Assembly (NCBI RefSeq): GCF_964355755.1
Contig: NW_027306095.1
Coordinates: forward strand, 248,001 to 312,000
DNA length: 64,000 bases
Direction of reading: 5' to 3'
From: Antedon mediterranea
Lineage: Eukaryota > Animalia > Echinodermata
In this document: one piece after another, positions 1 through 12,010 of the stretch
How the letters are laid out: the number at the start of each line of letters is the position of its first letter
Numbering within the stretch: position 1 is the first letter of the stretch
The notes under the pieces: model-generated
What the model was told of the DNA's origin: nothing
Seen by the model: only the letters and a program-made list of their open reading frames with translations
Database searches by the model: none
Program-made: the position numbers and the translations under genes

Positions 1-925
1 TAAAGTGCACAAAATAGCTTTAAATCGCATTTGCAGACGTTTTAGACCATTTTGTGCATTTCGATGAAACTTGATTACACAAAAATATCAAAGTGCTTAA
101 AATCACATTTGAAACCGTTTTAGACCATTTTGAGCATTTCGATAAAACTTTTCACACAAAACATCAAAGTGCACAAAATAACTTCAAATCGCAATTGGAG
201 ACGTTTTAGACCATTTTGTGCATTTCGAAAAAACTTTTCACACAAAAACGACAAAGTGCACAAAATAGCTTCAAATCGCATTTGCAGACGTTTTAGACCA
301 TTTTGTGCATTTCGATGAAACTTTTCACACAAAAACATCAAAGTGCACAAAATTGCTTCAAATCGCATTTGGAGACGTTTTAGACCATTTTGAGCATTTC
401 GATGAAACTTTTCACACAAAAACGACAAAGTGCACAAAATAGCTTCAAATCGCATTTAGAGACGTTTTAGACAATTTTGTGCATTTCGATGAAACTTTTC
501 ACAAAAAAACATCAAAGTGCACAAAATAGCTTCAAATCGCATTTAGAGACGTTTTAGACCATTTTGTGCATTTCGATGAAACTTTTCACAAAAAAACATC
601 AAAGTGCACAAAATAGCTTCAAATCGCATTTAGAGACGTTTTAGACCATTTTGTGCATTTCGATGAAACTTTTCACACAAAAACATCAAAGTGCACAAAA
701 TAGCTTCAAATCGCATTTAGAGACGTTTTAGACCATTTTGTGCATTTCGATGAAACTTTTCACAAAAAAACATCAAAGTGCACAAAATAGCTTCAAATCG
801 CATTTGGAGACGTTTTAGACCATTTTGAGCATTTCGATGAAACTTGATTACACAAAAATATCAAAGTGCTTAAAATCACATTTGAAACCGTTTTAGACCA
901 TTTTGAGCATTTCGATAAAACTTTT

Positions 926-1850
926 CACACAAAACATCAAAGTGCACAAAATAGCTTCAAATCGCATTTGGAGACGTTTTAGACCATGTTGTGCATTTCG
1001 AAAAAACTTGATTACACAAAAATATCAAAGTGCTTAAAATCACATTTGAAACCGTTTTAGACAATTTTGAGCATTTCGAAAAAACTTTTCACACAAAACA
1101 TTAAAGTGCACAAAATAGCAAACTTTTTACACAAAACATCAAAGTGCACAAAAGAGCTCCAAATCGCATTGGGAGACGTTTTAGAACATTTTGTGCATTT
1201 CGATGAAACTTTTCACACAAAAACATCAAAGTGCACAAAATTGCTTCAAATCGCATTTGGAGACGTTTTAGACCATTTTGAGCAATTCGATGAAACTTTT
1301 CACACAAAAACGACAAAGTGCACAAAATAGCTTCAAATCGCATTTAGAGACGTTTTAGACAATTTTGTGCCTTTCGATGAAACTTTTCACACAAAACATC
1401 AAAGTGCACAAAATAGCTTCAAATCGCATTTGGAGACGTTTTAGACCATGTTGTGCATTTCGAAAAAACTTGATTACACAAAAATATCAAAGTGCTTAAA
1501 ATCACATTTGAAACCGTTTTAGACAATTTTGAGCATTTCGAAAAAACTTTTCACACAAAACATTAAAGTGCACAAAATAGCAAACTTTTTACACAAAACA
1601 TCAAAGTGCACAAAAGAGCTCCAAATCGCATTGGGAGACGTTTTAGAACATTTTGTGCATTTCGATGAAACTTTTCACACAAAAACATCAAAGTGCACAA
1701 AATTGCTTCAAATCGCATTTGGAGACGTTTTAGACCATTTTGAGCAATTCGATGAAACTTTTCACACAAAAACGACAAAGTGCACAAAATAGCTTCAAAT
1801 CGCATTTAGAGACGTTTTAGACAATTTTGTGCCTTTCGATGAAACTTTTC
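926..1850 (+). repeat. Tandem duplication, 462-bp unit x2
   Basis: Identical ORFs at 1067/1529 and 1101/1563. Only a single copy is present in the 57.5-kb homologue. Confidence 0.9.
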
Positions 1851-2549
1851 ACAAAAAAACATCAAAGTGCACAAAATAGCTTCAAATCGCATTTGCAGAC
1901 GTTTTAGACCATTTTGTGCATTTCGATGAAACTTTTCACACAAAAACATCAAAGTGCACAAAATTGCTTCAAATCGCATTTAGAGACGTTTTAGACCATT
2001 TTGTGCATTTCGATGAAACTTTTCACACAAAAACATCAAAGTGCACAAAATAGCTTCAAATCGCATTTGCAGACGTTTTAGACCATTTTGTGCATTTCGA
2101 TGAAACTTTTCACACAAAAACGACAAAGTGCACAAAATATCTTCAAATCGCATTTGGAGACGTTTTAGACCATTTTGAGCATTTCGATGAAACTTTTCAC
2201 ACAAAAACGACAAAGTGCACAAAATAGCTTCAAATCGCATTTAGAGACGTTTTAGACCATTTTGTGCATTTCGATGAAACTTTTCACAAAAAAACATCAA
2301 AGTGCACTAAATAGCTTCAAATCGCATTTAGAGACGTTTTAGACCATTTTGTGCATTTCGATGAAACTTTTCAGAAAAAAACATCAAAGTGCACAAAATA
2401 GCTTCAAATCGCATTTGGAGACGTTTTAGACCATTTTGAGCATTTCGATGAAACTTTTCACACAAAAACGACAAAGTGCACAAAATAGCTTCAAATCGCA
2501 TTTAGAGACGTTTTAGACCATTTTGTGCATTTCGATGAAACTTTTCACA

Positions 2550-3800
2550 CAAAAACATCAAAGTGCACAAAATAGCTTCAAATCGCATTTAGAGACGTTT
2601 TAGACCATTTTGTGTATTTCGATGAAACTTTTCACACAAAAACATCAAAGTGCACAAAATAGCTTCAAATCGCATTTGGAGACGTTTTAGACCATGTTGT
2701 GCATTTCGAAAAAACTTGATTACACAAAAATATCAAAGTGCTTAAAATCACATTTGAAACCGTTTTAGACAATTTTGAGCATTTCGATAAAACTTTTCAC
2801 ACAAAACATTAAAGTGCACAAAATAGCAAACTTTTTACACAAAACATCAAAGTGCACAAAAGAGCTCCAAATCGCATTGGGAGACGTTTTAGACCATTTT
2901 GTGCATTTCGAAAAAACTTTTCACTCAAAAACATCAAAGTGCATACAATAGCTTAATATCGTATTTGGAGACGTTTTAGACAATTTTGTGCATTTCGATG
3001 AAACTTTTCACACAAAAACATCAAAGTGCACAAAATAGCTTCAAATCGCATTTGCAGACGTTTTAAACCATTTTGTGCATTTCGATGAAACTTGATTACA
3101 CAAAACATCAAAGTGCTTAAAATCACATTTGAAACCGTTTTAGACCATTTTGAGAATTTCGATAAAACTTTACACACAAAAACATCAAAGTGCACAAAAT
3201 AGCTTCAAATCGCATTTAGAGACGTTTTAGACCATTTTGTGTATTTCGATGAAACTTTTCACACAAAAACATCAAAGTGCACAAAATAGCTTCAAATCGC
3301 ATTTGGAGACGTTTTAGACCATGTTGTGCATTTCGAAAAAACTTGATTACACAAAAATATCGAAGTGCTTAAAATCACATTTGAAACCGTTTTAGACAAT
3401 TTTGAGCATTTCGATAAAACTTTTCACACAAAACATTAAAGTGCACAAAATAGCAAACTTTTTACACAAAACATCAAAGTGCACAAAAGAGCTCCAAATC
3501 GCATTGGGAGACGTTTTAGACCATTTTGTGCATTTCGAAAAAACTTTTCACTCAAAAACATCAAAGTGCATACAAGAGCTTAATATCGTATTTGGAGACG
3601 TTTTAGACAATTTTGTGCATTTCGATGAAACTTTTCACACAAAAACATCAAAGTGCACAAAATAGCTTCAAATCGCATTTGCAGACGTTTTAAACCATTT
3701 TGTGCATTTCGATGAAACTTGATTACACAAAAACATCAAAGTGCTTAAAATCTCATTTGAAACCGTTTTAGACCATTTTGAGAATTTCGATAAAACTTTT
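2550..3800 (+). repeat. Tandem higher-order unit ~627 bp x2
   Basis: tgtgtattt at 2611/3238 and attggg at ~2876/3503. The doublet recurs at ~27.7-28.9 kb, 53.6-54.9 kb and 58.5-59.8 kb, and inverted at 7.4-8.6 kb. Confidence 0.85.
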
Positions 3801-6489
3801 CACACAAAACATTAAAGTGCACAAAATAGCTTTAAATCGCATTTGCAGACGTTTTAGACCATTTTGTGCATTTTGATGAAACTTGATTACACAAAAATAT
3901 GAAAGTGCTTAAAATCACATTTGAAACCGTTTTAGACCATTTTGAGCATTTCGATAAAACTTTTCACACAAAACATCAAAGTGCACAAAATAACTTCAAA
4001 TCGCAATTGGAGACGTTTTAGACCATTTTGTGCATTTCGAAAAAACTTTTCACACAAAAACGACAAAGTGCACAAAATAGCTTCAAATCGCATTTTCAGA
4101 CGTTTTAGACCATTTTGTGCATTTCGATGAAACTTTTCACACAAAAATATCAAAGTGCACAAAATTGCTTCAAATCGCATTTGGAGACGTTTTAGACCAT
4201 TTTGAGCATTTCGATGAAACTTTTCACACAAAAACGACAAAGTGCACAAAATAGCTTCAAATCGCATTTAGAGACGTTTTAGACAATTTTGTGCATTTCG
4301 ATGAAACTTTTCACAAAAAAACATCAAAGTGCACAAAATAGCTTCAAATCGCATTTAGAGACGTTTTAGACCATTTTGTGCATTTCGATGAAACTTTTCA
4401 CAAAAAAACATCAAAGTGCACAAAATAGCTTCAAATCGCATTTAGAGACGTTTTAGACCATTTTGTGCATTTCGATGAAACTTTTCACACAAAAACATCA
4501 AAGTGCACAAAATAGCTTCAAATCGCATTTAGAGACGTTTTAGACCATTTTGTGCATTTCGATGAAACTTTTCACAAAAAAACATCAAAGTGCACAAAAT
4601 AGCTTCAAATCGCATTTGGAGACGTTTTAGACCATTTTGAGCATTTCGATGAAACTTGATTACACAAAAATATCAAAGTGCTTAAAATCACATTTGAAAC
4701 CGTTTTAGACCATTTTGAGCATTTCGATAAAACTTTTCACACAAAACATCAAAGTGCACAAAATAACTTCAAATCGCATTTGGAGACGTTTTAGACCATT
4801 TTGTGCATTTCGAATAAACTTTTCACACAAAAACATCAAAGTGCACAAAATAGCTTCAAATCGCATTTGGAGACGTTTTAGACCATGTTGTGCATTTCGA
4901 AAAAACTTGATTACACAAAAATATCAAAGTGCTTAAAATCACATTTGAAACCGTTTTAGACAATTTTGAGCATTTCGATAAAACTTTTCACACAAAACAT
5001 TAAAGTGCACAAAATAGAAAACTTTTTACACAAAACATCAAAGTGCACAAAAGAGCTCCAAATCGCATTTGGAGACGTTTTAGACCATTTTGTTCATTTC
5101 GAAAAAACTTTTCACTCAAAAACATCAAAGTGCATACAATAGCTTAATATCGTATTTGGAGACGTTTTAGACAATTTTGTGCATTTCGATGAAACTTTTC
5201 ACACAAAAACATCAAAGTGCACAAAATAGCTTCAAATCGCATTTGCAGACGTTTTAAACCATTTAGTGCATTTCGATGAAACTTGATTACACAAAAACAT
5301 CAAAGTGCTTAAAATCACATTTGAAACCGTTTTAGACCATTTTGAGAATTTCTATAAAACTTTTCACACAAAACATTAAAGTGCACAAAATAGCTTTAAA
5401 TCGCATTTGCAGACGTTTTAGACCATTTTGTGCATTTCGATGAAACTTGATTACACAAAAATATCAAAGTGCTTAAAATCACATTTGAAACCGTTTAGAC
5501 CATTTTGAGCATTTCGATAAAACTTTTCACACAAAACATCAAAGTGCACAAAATAACTTCAAATCGCAATTGGAGACGTTTTAGACCATTTTGTGCATTT
5601 CGATGAAACTTTTCACACAAAAACGACAAAGTGCACAAAATAGCTTCAAATCGCATTTAGAGACGTTTTAGACAATTTTATACATTTCGATGAAACTGGA
5701 TTACACAAAACATCAAAGTGCACAAAATTGCTTCAAATCGCATTTGGAGACGTTTTAGACCATTTTGTGCATTTCGAAAAAACTTTTCACACAAAAACGA
5801 CAAAGTGCACAAAATAGCTTCAAATTGCATTTGCAGACGTTTTAGACCATTTTGTGCATTTCGATGAAACTTTTCACACAAAAACATCAAAGTGCACAAA
5901 ATTGCTTCAAATCGCATTTGGAGACGTTTTAGACCATTTTGAGCATTTCGATGAAACTTTTCACACAAAAACGACAAAGTTCACAAAATAGCTTCAAATC
6001 GCATTTAGAGACGTTTTAGACAATTTTGTGCCTTTCGATGAAACTTTTCACAAAAAAACATCAAAGTGCACAAAATAGCTTCAAATCGCATTTAGAGACG
6101 TTTTAGACCATTTTGTGCATTTCGATGAAACTTTTCACACAAAAACATCAAAGTGCACAAAATAGCTTCAAATCGCATTTAGAGACGTTTTAGACCATTT
6201 TGTGCATTTCGATGAAACTTTTCAGAAAAAAACATCAAAGTGCACAAAATAGCTTCAAATCGCATTTGGAGACGTTTTAGACCATTTTGAGCATTTCGAT
6301 GAACCTTTTCACACAAAAACGACAAAGTGCACAAAATAGCTTCAAATCGCATTTAGAGACGTTTTAGACCATTTTGTGCATTTCGATGAAACTTTTCACA
6401 CAAAAACATCAAAGTGCACAAAATAGCTTCAAATCGCATTTAGAGACGTTTTAGACCATTTTGTGCATTTCGATGAAACTTTTCACACA

Positions 6490-6510
6490 AAACATTAAAC
6501 TTTGATGTTT
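6490..6510. other. Strand-switch junction J1
   Basis: aaacattaaa|ctttgatgttt. The forward monomer stops just before GTGCAC and the reverse monomer resumes at the last C of GTGCAC. Confidence 0.95.
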
Positions 6511-9500
6511 TTTTGTGAAAAGTTTCAACAAAATGCACAAAATGGTCTAAAACGTCTCTAAATGCGATTTGAAGCTATTTTGTGCACTTTGATGTTTTTT
6601 TGTGAAAAGTTTCATCGAAATGCACAAAATGGTCTAAAACGTCTCTAAATGCGATTTGAAGCTATTTTGTGCACTTTGTCGTTTTTGTGTGAAAAGTTTC
6701 ATCGAAATGCTCAAAATGGTCTAAAACGTCTCCAAATGCGATTTGAAGCAATTTTGTGCAATTTGATGTTTTTGTGTGAAAAGTTTCATCGAAATGCACA
6801 AAATGGTCTAAAACGTCTCCAAATGCGATTTGAAGCTATTTTGTGCACTTTGATGTTTTTTTGTGAAAAGTTTCATCGAAATGCACAAAATTGTCTAAAA
6901 CGTCTCTAAATCCGATTTGAAGCTATTTTGTGCACTTTGTCGTTTTTGTGTGAAAAGTTTCATCGAAATGCTCAAAATGGTCTAAAACGTCTCCAAATGC
7001 GATTTGAAGCAATTTTGTGCACTTTGATGTTTTTGTGTGAAAAGTTTCATCGAAATGCACAAAATGGTCTAAAACGTCTGCAAAAGCGATTTGAAGCTAT
7101 TTTGTGCACTTTGTCGTTTTTGTGTGAAAAGTTTTTTCGAAATGCACAAAATGGTCTAAAACGTCTCCAATTGCGATTTGAAGTTATTTTGTGCACTTTG
7201 GTGTTTTGTGTGAAAAGTTTTATCGAAATGCTCAAAATTGTCTAAAACGGTTTCAAATGTGATTTTAAGCACTTTGATATTTTTGTGTAATCAAGTTTCA
7301 TCGAAATGCACAAAATGGTCTAAAACGTCTGCAAATGCGATTTAAAGCTATTTTGTGCACTTTAATGTTTTGTGTGAAAAGTTTTATCGAAATTCTCAAA
7401 ATGGTCTAAAACGGTTTCAAATGTGATTTTAAGCACTTTGAGGTTTTTGTGTAATCAAGTTTCATCGAAATGCACAAAATGGTTTAAAACGTCTGCAAAT
7501 GCGATTTGAAGCTATTTTGTGCACTTTGATGTTTTTGTGTGAAAAGTTTCATCGAAATGCACAAATTTGTCTAAAACGTCTCCAAATACGATATTAAGCT
7601 ATTGTATGCACTTTGATGTTTTTGAGTGAAAAGTTTTTTCGAAATGCACAAAATGGTCTAAAACGTCTCCCAATGCGATTTGGAGCTCTTTTGTGCACTT
7701 TGATGTTTTGTGTAAAAAGTTTGCTATTTTGTGCACTTTAATGTTTTGTGTGAAAAGTTTTATCGAAATGCTCAAAATTGTCTAAAACGGTTTCAAATGT
7801 GATTTTAAGCACTTTGATATTTTTGTGTAATCAAGTTTTTTCGAAATGCACAACATGGTCTAAAACGTCTCCAAATGCGATTTAAAGCTATTTTGTGCAC
7901 TTTGATGTTTTTGTGTGAAAAGTTTCATCGAAATACACAAAATGGTCTAAAACGTCTCTAAATGCGATTTGAAGCTATTTTGTACACTTTGATGTTTTTG
8001 TGTGTAAAGTTTTATCGAAATTCTCAAAATGGTCTAAAACAGTTTCAAATGTGATTTTAAGCACTTTGATGTTTTTGTGTAATCAAGTTTCATCGAAATG
8101 CACAAAATGGTTTAAAACGTCTGCAAATGCGATTTGAAGCTATTTTGTGCACTTTGATGTTTTTGTGTGAAAAGTTTCATCGAAATGCACAAAATTGTCT
8201 AAAACGTCTCCAAATACGATATTAAGCTATTGTATGCACTTTGATGTTTTTGAGTGAAAAGTTTTTTCGAAATGCACAAAATGGTCTAAAACGTCTCCCA
8301 ATGCGATTTGGAGCTCTTTTGTGCACTTTGATGTTTTGTGTAAAAAGTTTGCTATTTTGTGCACTTTAATGTTTTGTGTGAAAAGTTTTATCGAAATGCT
8401 CAAAATTGTCTAAAACGGTTTCAAATGTGATTTTAAGCACTTTGATATTTTTGTGTAATCAAGTTTTTTCGAAATGCACAACATGGTCTAAAACGTCTCC
8501 AAATGCGATTTGAAGCTATTTTGTGCACTTTGATGTTTTTGTGTGAAAAGTTTCATCGAAATACACAAAATGGTCTAAAACGTCTCTAAATGCGATTTGA
8601 AGCTATTTTTTGCACTTTGATGTTTTTGTGTGAAAAGTTTCATCGAAATGCACAAAATGGTCTAAAACGTCTCTAAATGCGATTTCAAGCTATTTTGTGC
8701 ACTTTGATGTTTTTGTGTGAAAAGTTTCATCGAAATGCACAAAATTGTCTTAAACGTCTCCAAATACGATATTAAGCTATTGTATGCACTTTGTTGTTTT
8801 TGAGTGAAAAGTTTTTTCGAAATGCACAAAATTGTCTAAAACGTCCCCAAATGCGATTTGGAGCTCTTTTGTGCACTTTGATGTTTTGTGTAAAAAGTTT
8901 GCTATTTTGTGCACTTTAATGTTTTGTGTGAAAAGTTTTATCGAAATGCTCAAAATTGTCTAAAACGGTTTCAAATGTGATTTTAAGCACTTTGATATTT
9001 TTGTGTAATCAAGTTTTTTCGAAATGCACAACATGGTCTAAAACGTCTCCAAATGCGATTTGAAGCTATTTTGTGCACTTTGATGTTTTTGTGTGAAAAG
9101 TTTCATCGAAATGCACAAAATGGTCTAAAACGTCTCTAAATGCGATTTGAAGCTATTTTGTGCACTTTGTCGTTTTTGTGTGAAAAGTTTTTTCGAAATG
9201 CACAAAATGGTCTAAAACGTCTCCAATTGCGATTTGAAGTTATTTTGTGCACTTTGATGTTTTGTGTGAAAAGTTTTATCGAAATGCTCAAAATGGTCTA
9301 AAACGGTTTCAAATGTGATTTTAAGCACTTTGATGTTTTTGTGTAATCAAGTTTCATCGAAATGCACAAAATGGTTTAAAACGTCTGCAAATGCGATTTG
9401 AAGCTATTTTGTGCACTTTGATGTTTTTGTGTGAAAAGTTTCATCGAAATGCACAAAATTGTCTAAAACGTCTCCAAATTCGATATTAAGCTATTATATG

Positions 9501-10719
9501 CACTTTGATGTTTTTGAGTGAAAAGTTTTTTCGAAATGCACAAAATGTTCTAAAACGTCTCCAAATGCCATTTGGAGCTCTTTTGTGCACTTTAATTTTT
9601 TTTGTGTAAAAGTTTTCTATTTTGTGCACTTTTAATGTTTTGTGTGAAAAGTTTTATCGAAATGCTCAAAATTGTCTAAAACGGTTTCAAATGTGATTTT
9701 AAGCACTTTGATATTTTTGTGTAATCAAGTTTTTTCGAAATGCACAACATGGTCTAAAACGTCTCCAAATGCGATTTGAAGCTATTTTGTGCACTTTGAT
9801 GTTTTTTTGTGAAAAGTTTCATCGAAATGCACAAAATGGTCTAAAACGTCTGCAAATGCGATTTGAAGCTATTTTATGCACTTTGATGTTTTTTTGTGAA
9901 AAGTTTCATCGAAAGGCACAAAATTGTCTAAAACGTCTCTAAATGCGATTTGAAGCTATTTTGTGCACTTTGTCGTTTTTGTGTGAAAAGTTTCATCGAA
10001 ATGCTCAAAATGGTCTAAAACGTCTCCAAATGCGATTTGAAGCAATTTTGTGCACTTTGATGTTTTTGTGTGAAAAGTTTCATCGAAATGCACAAAATCG
10101 TCTAAAACGTCTGCAAATGCGATTTGAAGCTATTTTGTGCACTTTGTCGTTTTTGTGTGAAAAGTTTTTTCGAAATGCACAAAATGGTTGGTCTAAAACG
10201 TCTCCAAATGCGATTTGAAGCAATTTTGTGCACTTTGATGTTTTGTGTAATCCAGTTTCATCGCAATGTACAAAATTGTCTAAAACGTCTCTAAATGCGA
10301 TTTGAAGCTATTTTGTGCACCTTGTCGTTTTTGTGTGAAAAGTTTCATCGAAATGCACAAAATGGTCTAAAACGTCTCCAATTGCGATTTGAAGTTATTT
10401 TGTGCACTTTGATGTTTTGTGTGAAAAGTTTTATCGAAATGCTCAAAATGGTCTAAAACGGTTTCAAATGTGATTTTAAGCACTTTGATATTTTTGTGTA
10501 ATCAAGTTTCATCGAAATTCACAAAATGGTCTAAAACGTCTGCAAATGCGATTTAAAGCTATTTTGTGCACTTTAATGTTTTGTGTGAAAAGTTTTATCG
10601 AAATTCTCAAAATGGTCTAAAACGGTTTCAAATGTGATTTTAAGCACTTTGATGTTTTTGTGTAATCAAGTTTCATCGAAATGCACTAAATGGTTTAAAA
10701 CGTCTGCAATTGCGATTTG

Positions 10720-12010
10720 AAGCTATTTTGTGCACTTTGATGTTTTTGTGTGAAAAGTTTCATCGAAATGCCCAAAATTGTCTAAAACGTCTCCAAATAC
10801 GATATTAAGCTATTGTATGCACTTTGATGTTTTTGAGTGAAAAGTTTTTTCGAAATGCACAAAATGGTCTAAAACGTCTCCAAATGCGATTTGGAGCTCT
10901 TTTGTGCACTTTGATGTTTTGTGTAAAAAGTTTGCTATTTTGTGCACTTTAATGTTTTGTGTGAAAAGTTTTATCGAAATGCTCAAAATTGTCTAAAACG
11001 GTTTCAAATGTGATTTTAAGCACTTTGATATTTTTGTGTAATCAAGTTTTTTCGAAACGCACAACATGGTCTAAAACGTCTCTAAATGCGATTTGAAGCT
11101 ATTTTGTGCACTTTGATGTTTTTTTGTGAAAAGTTTCATCGAAATGCACAAAATGGTCTAAAACGTCTCTAAATGCGATTTGAAGCTATTTTGTGCACTT
11201 TGTCGTTTTTGTGTGAAAAGTTTCATCGAAATGCTCAAAATGGTCTAAAACGTCTCCAAATGCGATTTGAAGCAATTTTGTGCAATTTGATGTTTTTGTG
11301 TGAAAAGTTTCATCGAAATGCACAAAATGGTCTAAAACGTCTGCAAATGCGATTTGAAGCTATTTTGTGCACTTTGATGTTTTTGTGTGAAAAGTTTCAT
11401 CGAAATGCACAAAATTGTCTAAAACGTCTCCAAATACGATATTAAGCTATTGTATGCACTTTGATGTTTTTGAGTGAAAAGTTTTTTCGAAATGCACAAA
11501 ATGGTCTAAAACGTCTCCAAATGCGATTTGGAGCTCTTTTGTGCACTTTGATGTTTTGTGTAAAAAGTTTGCTATTTTGTGCACTTTAATGTTTTGTGTG
11601 AAAAGTTTTATCGAAATGCTCAAAATTGTCTAAAACGGTTTCAAATGTGATTTTAAGCACTTTGATATTTTTGTGTAATCAAGTTTTTTCGAAACGCACA
11701 ACATGGTCTAAAACGTCTCTAAATGCGATTTGAAGCTATTTTGTGCACTTTGATGTTTTTTTGTGAAAAGTTTCATCGAAATGCACAAAATGGTCTAAAA
11801 CGTCTCTAAATGCGATTTGAAGCTATTTTGTGCACTTTGTCGTTTTTGTGTGAAAAGTTTCATCGAAATGCTCAAAATGGTCTAAAACGTCTCCAAATGC
11901 GATTTGAAGCAATTTTGTGCAATTTGATGTTTTTGTGTGAAAAGTTTCATCGAAATGCACAAAATGGTCTAAAACGTCTGCAAATGCGATTTGAAGCTAT
12001 TTTGTGCACT
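10720..12010 (-). repeat. Tandem duplication, 637-bp unit x2
   Basis: ORFs at 11173/11810. gaaacgcacaacat at ~11054/11691 and gtgcaatttg at ~11280/11917. Confidence 0.85.

Larger units (their letters stand above)
1..6080 (+). repeat. Direct duplicate of ~56434-62060
   Basis: ORF offsets are 56,433 (120/56553, 1067/57500), 55,971 (1980/57951, 2953/58924, 3402/59373, 3942/59913) and 55,976 (4715/60691). Shared rare variants include cattttcaga, ttttatacat, aaattgcatt and aagttcaca. Confidence 0.92.
1..6499 (+). repeat. Satellite block 1, A-rich orientation
   Basis: Monomers read aaagtgcacaaaatagcttcaaatcgc... until ...acacaaaacattaaa at 6499. The strand label is an arbitrary orientation convention. 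Confidence 0.97.
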
